From a virus (lineage: Duplodnaviria > Caudoviricetes), in IMG/VR virus record IMGVR_UViG_3300025572_000009, positions 1 through 59,079 of that record: DNA of 59,079 nucleotides. One strand, 5' to 3'. The notes under the pieces were generated by a model. The model did no database searches. It saw only the letters and a list, made by a program, of their open reading frames with translations, and was not told the DNA's origin. A program made the translations under genes and the position numbers. Positions 37,301 to 44,827 of the stretch are shown piece by piece. The first letter of the stretch is position 1, and each line of letters begins with the position of its first letter.

Positions 37301-38200
37301 CGACGTGCCGGTGAAGCCTTCATTGACGGGCTTTTCATGGCGACGCCGGGTGCCAACACACCTTGGTGGGTAACTGTGCCCTACCAACTCGGGGTCTCTG
37401 GTGCGGACTGGCTTGGGCGATCCATCGTGCCACGGGATCAGGCTGGGTTGCTGCCTGACTTTCAGGGGGACATTCGAACCTCTGAGCTAGCCAAGCAAAC
37501 GTCCCGCCTGATCGAGCAATGGACGCGAGGCTTCCGGGACGAAACGGCGCTCGGCCGAGGCTTCGAGGTCAGCCCTTACCATATTGACTACCTCATCAAC
37601 TATTTCTCGCCCGGCATCGCTCAAATCCCCATCGGGATCATCCACGAGGGGATGCGGGGTGCTGCAACGCGATACGGCCCCCGTCCGGAACGCAGGGTGG
37701 ATGAGTCCAACCCGTTCAATCCACTGGATTGGTTCGTCGGGGGGCAGCGTCGGGCGACACCACTCCGCAACAGTGAGGCGGTTAACAGGTTGCTCGAAAT
37801 GAGTAGTCGAGCCCGGCAGATCGAGCAAACCCATGCTCGCTTCGCCACGGCGGAAGACCTGTATCGGGTGTTGAACCTGAGCGAGCGTCCTACCGGCGAA
37901 GAGATTATGGCGACACTCGGGTTTGCCCCATACCTTCAAGAGACGGCTCAGGCTGTCCGGCTGCTCGGGGATGCGGCTCGACACATTGAGATGCACCCTA
38001 CCCTGAGCGCGGAACAGAAGCGGCAGCAAGTGGATTACGTTCTGCAACAGAGAAACGAGCTAGCGCGTGCTGCTCTAGCTGCTCTGCGGCAGAACCCGCA
38101 AGCTGATCCAATGCTTGGGACGTGGCTCAATCCGCGTCCGTCTCAGAACATACCGACTACGGGTAATGCTCCACCGTTCCTGCAAGCTCCCGCGAGGTAA
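34355..38200 (+). CDS. large internal virion protein (LPD38-like C-terminal region)
   Basis: 1281 aa; YIPFYR, NP..VLRNFIRD, FFNAGIQG, SPYHIDYLI motifs. Confidence 0.8.
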   Translation: MADINALADQVLNQEQRQPDINALADAAIRRPSDLAQAQTDAMLARPRRRFEDLQTDPQLIEDLRAYFDMPDATPGELVDRFIGNRVWRDTNTLSAAHELVESANMTPEERARLARIRRVWEELPYFWQPGGRGVPGLIENVVKSVPDPVNFLGGPIARGASWLLGRGIGRVGQIGIGAGVDAAAAAGMEAMQQSVDVNTGEREGLSLGQIATAGALGGATGAAGSALFARSRQPQAAPLTEQVGVLNEGKIGERAVESRSLDEWARHVQQQTFDRFLRISEIQQRVWGVGSEPQDLVRASETAQRSPWLSDPAQLPYFQFRNLASSWERANQILFHGGLRPPQYGARLGTPETDFRRTDAPAILDVLRPVHERGQLDNFFWYLAAVRARFIRDVRHSPMRTIFDDQQVYVEAGFDPDTARQLASRAIDDIIAEGERNGFNNLLPQWNKAMRGLLEYQRDAGLLSDDDVRRIWGEHLANPGGIPNTYIPFYRADRAASGFGHPDPIRTTNIPGRARMEGGTGNVQDWRQSIIDYVNSAVAAADRNLAKLSLYDTIDRGARTGVFRPGEVATRVNIPAQQIVADLLSPQNRPRLEALLRSEGINTPIDQIPQDQLIRLAGMLNLRVNGDTDIVFRNGKMETWRVTDPELLDSLKSLNPIEIGRIERMIVGLSRMRNNFITLNPAYVLRNFIRDAQTAPVNSVFRMMPVIDSIRGFRQAVTNQELVREAFRNGMGHANQGKAVRDALTLLDARVQQSGDVVDRAYAKFLRALHDNYVVQGAQRGVKWWQEMADNIESAHRLAEYILARRHGLSGPGAAFLGREVATDFGLMGSNQALRRYSMHTNFFNAGIQGFYKLGRTIYNNPERAAALTLVGLTLPDLAMHVLNAGHPEYEDIPSTLKAMNVFFPVPPGRTTEERLANYPRFLREWAAWKFGQQTEFQHSDGQVRPYPEVGHYIMLPKAYDYGAPGTIVNGLYDWFRTNNMRRAGEAFIDGLFMATPGANTPWWVTVPYQLGVSGADWLGRSIVPRDQAGLLPDFQGDIRTSELAKQTSRLIEQWTRGFRDETALGRGFEVSPYHIDYLINYFSPGIAQIPIGIIHEGMRGAATRYGPRPERRVDESNPFNPLDWFVGGQRRATPLRNSEAVNRLLEMSSRARQIEQTHARFATAEDLYRVLNLSERPTGEEIMATLGFAPYLQETAQAVRLLGDAARHIEMHPTLSAEQKRQQVDYVLQQRNELARAALAALRQNPQADPMLGTWLNPRPSQNIPTTGNAPPFLQAPAR

Positions 38201-38469
38201 TGATGGATTGGCTAACGTTTCTTCAGGCGGTCGCTATCCCGGTTGTGTCGGGTGCCTACTACCTTCTCCGAGACAAGATCAACTCTCTCGTGTCCGAGTG
38301 CAATGATCTGAGGAAGTCCCTCCACGATCTAGAGGTGGAGGTGGCCCAGACCTACGCCACCCGCGCGGAGCTAGAAAAGATGGAACAGCGCATCATTCAG
38401 GCGCTCGACCGAATGGAAAGCCGGGTCATGGCCGCCCTCGAAATACGAAGGGAGAAGCTGAATGAGTAA
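38200..38469 (+). CDS. membrane-anchored coiled-coil protein of the lysis module
   Basis: N-terminal TM segment; EVAQTYATRAEL. Confidence 0.7.
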   Translation: MMDWLTFLQAVAIPVVSGAYYLLRDKINSLVSECNDLRKSLHDLEVEVAQTYATRAELEKMEQRIIQALDRMESRVMAALEIRREKLNE

Positions 38470-38656
38470 GGTTACTGAAGCAATGAGCATCCTCCGGCGC
38501 CTACGTCGGAGGAGCGTGCAGAGTGTGGTAGTGTTCCTGGCCGCATTGGGTCTTCTCCTCTACGGCATTGATAATGAACGGGTCGTTCTCCTGCTCGATG
38601 CGGCCATGCAGGTTGTGACGTTCATCAGCGAGCTTGATCCCGGCATAGCCGATTAA
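38462..38656 (+). CDS. putative holin
   Basis: Basic N-terminus plus hydrophobic helices; upstream of the endolysin. Confidence 0.5.
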   Translation: MSKVTEAMSILRRLRRRSVQSVVVFLAALGLLLYGIDNERVVLLLDAAMQVVTFISELDPGIAD

Positions 38657-38684
38657 ATCCGCCATACCATTTTAGGGTCTTGCT

Positions 38685-39287
38685 ATGTGGCTGACTGATT
38701 TGCTAAATGCCATTCTTGCCCTCTTTTCCGGGGGCAAGACTAAAGTAACTTTAGATTCGCCGTCTCATGGTCCGGGGCCGGAACCTGTCGGCGTCGGCGC
38801 CACGATCATCAAGTACTACGAGGGGTGTCAAAAGAAGCTGCCGGACGGGATGATTGGTCCCTACCGCGACGCCAAAGGGGTGCCGACAATCGGATGGGGT
38901 AATACCTCTTGGGAAGATGGGACGCCCGTTAAGATGACGGACGCTCCGATCACTCAGGCACGGGCAGATGTCTTATTTGATTACTGGTATCGTCGGTTCC
39001 GAGATGACGTTAAGACCTATCTGCCTGCCAGTGCTCCCCCGCTCCACGTCGAGGTGTTCACCTCGTTCGCGTACAACATAGGTATCCCCGCATTCAGCAC
39101 CTCTACCGCCCTGAAGCGATACAAGGCGGGTGACATCGTGGGGGCTGGCGAGGCTCTTGAGTGGTTCATTTACTCGGGGGGAAAGATTCTGAAGGGGCTT
39201 CAACGGCGTCGCCGGGCCGAGCACTACATACTCGACGGCATGGCCCCGGAACAGGCGTTTAAGCAGGCCGAGAAGGATTTTCCATAA
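38685..39287 (+). CDS. endolysin, GH24 lysozyme
   Basis: EG...YRD..GVPTIGWG (E/D/T), SFAYNIG, GLQRRRRAE; hydrophobic N-terminus (possible SAR). Confidence 0.92.
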   Translation: MWLTDLLNAILALFSGGKTKVTLDSPSHGPGPEPVGVGATIIKYYEGCQKKLPDGMIGPYRDAKGVPTIGWGNTSWEDGTPVKMTDAPITQARADVLFDYWYRRFRDDVKTYLPASAPPLHVEVFTSFAYNIGIPAFSTSTALKRYKAGDIVGAGEALEWFIYSGGKILKGLQRRRRAEHYILDGMAPEQAFKQAEKDFP

Positions 39288-39532
39288 TGGTTGCCGCTCT
39301 TTGGTCATTACTTCAGGGGGTGCGGCTGCGGTTGGCGGCTTATGCTGCCGCCGCAGTCGTAATACTTGGCCTGTTCTTTTCCGTGAAGCGGGCAGGTCGC
39401 CGTGAACTTGAGGTTGAGCAATTGGAGTCTGCTTTGAATGCTGTCCAGAAACGAAAAGAGACAGAGCGCGTTGCTGGCACTCTGTCTCGGGATGAGCTTG
39501 ATCGCCGGTTGCAGCCCTATTACCGGGACTAA
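39287..39532 (+). CDS. i-spanin
   Basis: N-terminal TM segment plus coiled coil after the endolysin. Confidence 0.7.
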   Translation: MVAALWSLLQGVRLRLAAYAAAAVVILGLFFSVKRAGRRELEVEQLESALNAVQKRKETERVAGTLSRDELDRRLQPYYRD

Positions 39533-39650
39533 CCCTCTCTGCTACGCCTTCGACGTGATCCGGCCGTCTCGGCAGGATACGGAGGAGACGTTGCGGCAGG
39601 TGCTTGTGCATAATCAGACCTATGATCAGGTATGCGGGCGGCTAAGGTAA
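39438..39650 (+). CDS. o-spanin lipoprotein (overlapping)
   Basis: Lipobox LIAGC; +1 frame overlap with the i-spanin; terminal HN...VC. Confidence 0.7.
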   Translation: MLSRNEKRQSALLALCLGMSLIAGCSPITGTNPLCYAFDVIRPSRQDTEETLRQVLVHNQTYDQVCGRLR

Positions 39651-39783
39651 TCTTAGTTAGTGCCCGTTCCGTTTCCGTCAAGGTCGGCCACCTAGCGATT
39701 TCCTCGCGGGTTCTGTAGCACCCAACACAAAGCCCGGTCTGAGGATCAATCCGGCAAATCTTAATGCACGGGGAGTCGGTCAT
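39529..39783 (-). CDS. DUF1289-family Cys-rich protein
   Basis: [10 protein letters not shown]...[14 protein letters not shown]. Confidence 0.85.
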   Translation of the reverse strand: MTDSPCIKICRIDPQTGLCVGCYRTREEIARWPTLTETERALTKITLAARIPDHRSDYAQAPAATSPPYPAETAGSRRRRSREG

Positions 39784-39994
39784 CCGGCTCCCTTTTTCTT
39801 TCTTGGGTTTGCGTCCTAGTGGCCATGGCCCCTATCAACGCCCCATCCGCCATCGAAGCTAGCTCCACACCCTTAACCAAGTCGCCAATAAGTTTGATGA
39901 CCTGATCGGCGGACAGTTCGATACAGGTGCTGTCAGTCTCTAGGACCACACGGCCACAACGGGCACGGACATGGAAGGGAGGCTTCTTAGCCAT
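39761..39994 (-). CDS. hypothetical protein
   Basis: Operon packing. Confidence 0.55.
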   Translation of the reverse strand: MAKKPPFHVRARCGRVVLETDSTCIELSADQVIKLIGDLVKGVELASMADGALIGAMATRTQTQERKREPDDRLPVH

Positions 39995-40322
39995 TACTTG
40001 ATTCCTTATTGTATGGCGAGGCGGAGAGCATGGCGCGGTAGTCAGCTATGCTCTCGCCCATGCTGATGATCGCAGCGTTGTCCAGGATGTTAGTCGGCTC
40101 CTTGTCACCATCAATGCCGCGTCGCTTGCACATAGCCCGCAGCATCTCCCGCGTCGGCTCCCTCGGCACCACCGCCGCGTGCGCTTCCAGAACAGCGAGG
40201 GCGGCGCGGGCCAACGCGTCCGGCGCGTTCCATTCGGACCAGAAGGCCACGCCGGAGCGCCGGAACCACTCCTCGAAGTGTGCCCGGAGCGCCCCGGTCA
40301 GCTTATCACGTGCCTGCGTCAT
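39987..40322 (-). CDS. hypothetical protein
   Basis: VVPREPTREML...YRAMLSASP phage motif; GGAGG RBS. Confidence 0.7.
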   Translation of the reverse strand: MTQARDKLTGALRAHFEEWFRRSGVAFWSEWNAPDALARAALAVLEAHAAVVPREPTREMLRAMCKRRGIDGDKEPTNILDNAAIISMGESIADYRAMLSASPYNKESSNG

Positions 40323-40325
40323 GGT

Positions 40326-40685
40326 TCAGCCCTCCTTCGTCTTGGCGATAGCGGCGCGCTCGGCGGCGGTGGCGGCGGGGGCCATGTCATCGGCCTCCTC
40401 GCAGGCACGGCGATACCAGTCACGATCCCACTCTGTTGCTTTGAGCCGGGCAATCAGCGAGAGAATAGCGTCAGGATTAGCGAGGGCGATGTAGGCGGCA
40501 TCGGCGGGACCGCCGAACCCATCTCCGTGATGATCGAAAACCTGCGCGATATGGAGTTCAGCGACGGTCGTGAGGTTCACTCGACGATGGCCGTCAGTCC
40601 AAACATCCAGCCCCGCTGCGCGCCATCCTCCCGGCGTCGCCTTTAGCGCCGCCCCCTTGAGTGCAGCGATTTCCGCATCAGTCAT
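40326..40685 (-). CDS. Ead/Ea22-like protein
   Basis: ALKATPGGW...DAAYIALANPDAILSLIARL. Confidence 0.75.
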   Translation of the reverse strand: MTDAEIAALKGAALKATPGGWRAAGLDVWTDGHRRVNLTTVAELHIAQVFDHHGDGFGGPADAAYIALANPDAILSLIARLKATEWDRDWYRRACEEADDMAPAATAAERAAIAKTKEG

Positions 40686-40687
40686 AA

Positions 40688-41158
40688 TCAACTCCTCCTT
40701 CTAGTCGTCTTTCCCCTACACACCGGCTCCAATTTCAGTGTGGTAATTTCCCCACCTGTATCGGGATCAAGCTCCATAGCCACCCTAACGGCTTCCACAG
40801 CCGTCTTGCCTAGGAGCATGGCGGCCATGGCAAACGGAGCCCCTGATCCAACGGCGGCTGGTCCGGATTTCAGTTGGAATGATCCGACCCTTTCATGCCG
40901 GAAGACCGAGCCATCCGGGTGGATTTCGAGGACTGTCGCGCTATCGTCCTCATCATCCTGGGTCTTGGGGCGAGCGCCTTTACACCCGCCCTCGATCCAA
41001 TCCAGCATCGCCCGGCAGCTTCCTGCCAGTCCGGCAGCCCCAAGTAGTCGTCCATCGCTCAGGCGTCGAAGCTTGGTGGGAACGTAGATAATCCCGCTCT
41101 CGTCTGACGCCTGCGTATCGCCTGCTAGGGTTGCTCCATCCCAAGCAATAGTAGTCAT
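40688..41158 (-). CDS. Ntn-hydrolase (HslV/proteasome beta-like) protein
   Basis: N-terminal M-TTIA, LAGDTQ, K, GxAG, AVGSGA..A, DPDTGG. Confidence 0.8.
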   Translation of the reverse strand: MTTIAWDGATLAGDTQASDESGIIYVPTKLRRLSDGRLLGAAGLAGSCRAMLDWIEGGCKGARPKTQDDEDDSATVLEIHPDGSVFRHERVGSFQLKSGPAAVGSGAPFAMAAMLLGKTAVEAVRVAMELDPDTGGEITTLKLEPVCRGKTTRRRS

Positions 41159-41172
41159 TACGACTTTCGCCC

Positions 41173-41313
41173 TCAGTCGAGATAGGTATGGGCAACGCCA
41201 ATACAGGCACCACTGAGGCACAGAATCCAGATAAGTAAGCTACCTGAGAACAAAACAAGCACCCCAAGCACGCAAAAAACGCCCAGCATCAGTTCGCTAA
41301 TCCTACCCAGCAT
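41173..41313 (-). CDS. small membrane protein (46 aa, not in the ORF track)
   Basis: MLGRISELMLGVFCVLGVLVLFSGSLLIWILCLSGACIGVAHTYLD; TGATG coupling. Confidence 0.5.
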   Translation of the reverse strand: MLGRISELMLGVFCVLGVLVLFSGSLLIWILCLSGACIGVAHTYLD

Positions 41314-41555
41314 CAACCACTCTCCCCTAAACGCGCCTTCAGATTGGCGATCTCAGTCTCGTATAAAGTAACCTTAGCCTCAACCGCGTTAACCACATCT
41401 GTTCCGGTGTGAAGGGTACTCCGGTCAATACCGAGCTTGTCCAGCACAGCCTTCAGCGTCTCAATGGCGACCATGCCGAGAGAGAGGAGGCGCTTGTTGC
41501 GCGCCTCCACCTCTGGGCTAGGGACGTAAAGCTCTGTTCCGCCCCCCTCCATCAC
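41313..41555 (-). CDS. hypothetical protein
   Basis: Coupled ORF. Confidence 0.6.
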   Translation of the reverse strand: MMEGGGTELYVPSPEVEARNKRLLSLGMVAIETLKAVLDKLGIDRSTLHTGTDVVNAVEAKVTLYETEIANLKARLGESG

Positions 41556-41785
41556 TTAACGCCCGTCACAATCTTGACTGCATGGATGAAGGCGGGGATG
41601 TAGTCTTTCTCCACAGTAATCATACCGTCTTCGAGGATGAGGCTGCCGTCATCGTCGAGCCACACATCAATCGAGTCACTGTCACTGTCGCCAGTCTTAA
41701 CCTTAGCGGTCTGGCGAAACTCGATCTTATCCTTAAACTGATCCTCCACCGCCACCTCAGTCTGGGCCTTATGACAAGTAGCCAT
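41552..41785 (-). CDS. hypothetical protein
   Basis: AGGAGGAG RBS. Confidence 0.65.
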   Translation of the reverse strand: MATCHKAQTEVAVEDQFKDKIEFRQTAKVKTGDSDSDSIDVWLDDDGSLILEDGMITVEKDYIPAFIHAVKIVTGVK

Positions 41786-41786
41786 C

Positions 41787-42659
41787 TTACTCCTCCTTCT
41801 CTTCCTTACCCATGAGTGCGCCCCAAGCATTCGGGAACACCTTCGTTAGTTGCTCATCAATCTGCCGCGCAACCTCGCGGCTCTCTTCCTGCGCGTGACT
41901 GTCCAGCCGCAGCTTGCAGATACGAGAGAACGCCAGGATCGAGCCTGTCCAAATCCACTCCGTCATCATATTCTGCGGCAGAAACATCCGCGCCTGCTCT
42001 GGCGCCACTCCGCTGTTCAGCGCCATGCGGTAGAACGCCAGGGCACTCCGTGCTGCCCAACGAGCAGCAACATAGGGCTTCACAGTGAAGCACGGGGTAA
42101 TGCCTGCCGGTGTCAGCATGAAATGCGTCACCGGCTCGTCAGAGCTACCCTGTTTCTTGCTCTGTGCCCGCTTGCGCCACTTCTTCGGGATGTAAAACTC
42201 CGGGTCTTCATCCACGTAGCGCCTGCTGACCTCAGACCACCCGATATTCTCGTCCTGATTGGCGAGCCCGATATGCGACTTCCACAGTTGCCGAGCCGCA
42301 CACAGAGGTGCCTTCACATGGAACCGCGCCACGATGTGCGCGAACGGGGCAAAATGAATCTGACAATCCTGAAGCCGCCGCATGATTTCCCGGGCACGCT
42401 TCTGATCATATGTTCCGTGGAAAATCTCGCGCTCTATTTGTTTTCTCTCCTTGGCCTCCATGCCGGTCGCGAGGAACTTCATCAGGCGCTTGTCCTGGGC
42501 GGACAGGTCAACACCAATATTGCGCCCCGCTTCATCCCCCGGCAGGAATTCCCACTGGCTCCTTTTGGCGAAAGACACACGAGCAGCGTCAACCACCGCG
42601 AGGTCGGTGCCCATGTAGTCCTCTAAAGTAACCTTAATATCAGCTTCCCTCACCATCAC
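41787..42659 (-). CDS. thyX: flavin-dependent thymidylate synthase ThyX
   Basis: MGTDLAVVDAARVSF, HFAPF, ARQL, SEVSRRY, GVAPEQARMFLP, LRLDSHAQEE. Confidence 0.92.
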   Translation of the reverse strand: MMVREADIKVTLEDYMGTDLAVVDAARVSFAKRSQWEFLPGDEAGRNIGVDLSAQDKRLMKFLATGMEAKERKQIEREIFHGTYDQKRAREIMRRLQDCQIHFAPFAHIVARFHVKAPLCAARQLWKSHIGLANQDENIGWSEVSRRYVDEDPEFYIPKKWRKRAQSKKQGSSDEPVTHFMLTPAGITPCFTVKPYVAARWAARSALAFYRMALNSGVAPEQARMFLPQNMMTEWIWTGSILAFSRICKLRLDSHAQEESREVARQIDEQLTKVFPNAWGALMGKEEKEE

Positions 42660-42921
42660 CGCCCACCTGAACCCAAGTGCTCGTCTTCAGCGTGTTACCG
42701 CCCGGCTTGTAACCCTTCTCTGCCAGTAGCCTATTCAGATCGGCGTGGCGCCTCTCCCTTGCGAGCCGATTCTTACGAGCCTCGATCACCCTCTGCTCCG
42801 CATTTGCCACCGCGACATCCGCCTCGCTTCCATTCTCGACGTATTGGTGCGCGAGGATGCGGATTTGCTTGACCTCCTCCGGACTAAACCGGGGAAACTC
42901 AGCCTGAACCACCTCCCCCAT
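42640..42921 (-). CDS. hypothetical protein
   Basis: Operon packing. Confidence 0.6.
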   Translation of the reverse strand: MGEVVQAEFPRFSPEEVKQIRILAHQYVENGSEADVAVANAEQRVIEARKNRLARERRHADLNRLLAEKGYKPGGNTLKTSTWVQVGGDGEGS

Positions 42922-43123
42922 TACTTACCCCCAATCACACAACCTATGCCCCACGCTACAGGTTTTGCACCGTGCGCAATGCCATATGCGACCATGCACA
43001 TATCACCACTTACACGGAAAGAACCAGCACAGTATCCACATAACCTACCCTCATAGACGTGATGGTGTTCCACCGGTCATCATGTAACCGAGCATGATCA
43101 AAACCACGAACAGCACAAGAATC

Positions 43124-43357
43124 TTATACTCGCTCATGGGCCAGCACCACAATGCCTACAGGAACTACAATGAATGCATCCTTTGCCTCATCCGTCAAGG
43201 CATTCAATGCGCATGATTTGTTGGTGAAGACGCGTGCCGCTTGCACATCTTCGGTCAAGTCTGGGTCATCCTGCGGTCTGATCTTAGCACCGTGCTGCAA
43301 ATAGAGCCCGGTAGCCTTGTGCCGAAGCACGCACCGCTTCAGTCTCCTCCCTGCCAT
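43124..43357 (-). CDS. hypothetical protein (paralogue of 43339-43572)
   Basis: RCVLRHKATGLY...ARVFTNKSCALN; GGAGG RBS. Confidence 0.65.
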   Translation of the reverse strand: MAGRRLKRCVLRHKATGLYLQHGAKIRPQDDPDLTEDVQAARVFTNKSCALNALTDEAKDAFIVVPVGIVVLAHERV

Positions 43358-43572
43358 TGCCACTCCTCCACAATGCAAAGTTTGACCGGGATAGTCTCAA
43401 ACTCGTGTCGCTTTTTGGAACCTATAGAATTCATGGCACAGGACTTGTTGGTGAACACACGAGCATCTTGGAGGTTATTAGTCCAAGAGCGGTTCCACCC
43501 TCTCGACCCGACACGCACATACAGGCCCGTATCCTTATGCTTCAGGACACACCTTCTCGCGCGACTAGTCAT
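43339..43572 (-). CDS. hypothetical protein (paralogue of 43124-43357)
   Basis: RCVLKHKDTGLY...ARVFTNKSCAMN. Confidence 0.65.
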   Translation of the reverse strand: MTSRARRCVLKHKDTGLYVRVGSRGWNRSWTNNLQDARVFTNKSCAMNSIGSKKRHEFETIPVKLCIVEEWQWQGGD

Positions 43573-43629
43573 GTAACTTTAGCTTCAAACCTCCACAGTG
43601 TTCGGGTTTCTGCTTACGTCAACCACGGC

Positions 43630-43896
43630 TCATGCTCCTGTTGGAACCCCCATCTTCTTCAGATACGCCTCCAATGCGGTGAACCCGCCGATGTGCTTAT
43701 CCCCGTGCCAGATTTGCGGGACGGTCAGCTTCTCCACAGGAAACGGCATCCTTTCCCGCAACCGGCGACGATCCTCTTTCCCCGACGCATCCACCTCGAC
43801 GTAGGAATGCCCAGAGTTTGCGAGTAAACGCTTTGCCTTGTCGCACCATTGGCAATTGGGGATCGTGTAGATGACGAAGCAGTCGATCTCAGTCAT
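43630..43896 (-). CDS. glutaredoxin
   Basis: CQWC, TVPQIW, HIGGF. Confidence 0.92.
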   Translation of the reverse strand: MTEIDCFVIYTIPNCQWCDKAKRLLANSGHSYVEVDASGKEDRRRLRERMPFPVEKLTVPQIWHGDKHIGGFTALEAYLKKMGVPTGA

Positions 43897-44150
43897 ACCA
43901 CACGCCGCCACACCCGGTTGCGAATATTGGCACCTCTATGGAACCGACAACGGCTACGCTGCCGCTCGTCCTCCTCGACGGCGGCTTGGTTGTAAAGATA
44001 GGCAACATCAAAGCCGTGTTGCCACTCCCGATGGTCCACAAAGTCACGGTCGGATCGGTTTTCCGGATAGGGATTCTCCATGTCGCCGTCAAAGAAAGCG
44101 TAGAATCCTTCCTTGAAGGCGGGCTTACGGAACCGGAAAATGTCAGCCAT
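43893..44150 (-). CDS. conserved phage hypothetical protein
   Basis: FKEGFYAF...NPY...REWQHGFDVAY. Confidence 0.7.
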   Translation of the reverse strand: MADIFRFRKPAFKEGFYAFFDGDMENPYPENRSDRDFVDHREWQHGFDVAYLYNQAAVEEDERQRSRCRFHRGANIRNRVWRRVV

Positions 44151-44284
44151 CACTCAACACTCTCCAAGCAGTGCCAAACCCACATGTGCGCCAGCCTCCT
44201 AAAGTAACTTTAGCCCACGAGAATGGCGGCTCCGGGTGGAGCGAAGAACGAAACCCTCCGAAGCCGCCAGCGTCAGCCTGCCCC

Positions 44285-44815
44285 TTACGCGACCTGACGG
44301 AGCCCGTTATCCTCACCCTTCAGGCGGGCAACCTCAGCTTCAAGCTCCGAGATGCGCTTCTGCGCCGCATCGAGCTTGTCAGTCGCGTCAAGATACATCT
44401 TCGACACGACCACACCACCATTGATACAGGACGCAACCAACAGCGGATCGGCCTGCCGCAGATAGCTCAGGATCAAATGGACAACTACAGGCGTGTCGCG
44501 ACCGATGGCCTCGCTGCCCCTCTCCACAGCGATGCTGATGGCTTCAATGGAGCGTTCCCAGGGCGTATCCGGCATCAGCTTCATAAGCTTGCCGAGCAGT
44601 AGGCTTTTGTCCATGAGAGCCATAATCTTCTGGTCGAGTTCACTCTTCTTAATTGGGTCAATATCCTTGGCTGGCGAGAGACGGTGGCCAAGCAACTGCT
44701 CCGTGGCGTTGCCAAGGTCATCGGTCAGCGTGGGCGGAAGGCCCTTCGTCTCATCCTTCGGACTGGCCCCCGCAGTCTTCGCACGGGCAGCAAGAATGTC
44801 ATTCAGGTTCAGCAT
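44285..44815 (-). CDS. hypothetical protein
   Basis: GGAGG RBS; 176 aa. Confidence 0.7.
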   Translation of the reverse strand: MLNLNDILAARAKTAGASPKDETKGLPPTLTDDLGNATEQLLGHRLSPAKDIDPIKKSELDQKIMALMDKSLLLGKLMKLMPDTPWERSIEAISIAVERGSEAIGRDTPVVVHLILSYLRQADPLLVASCINGGVVVSKMYLDATDKLDAAQKRISELEAEVARLKGEDNGLRQVA

Positions 44816-44827
44816 GGTTTGCCTCCA

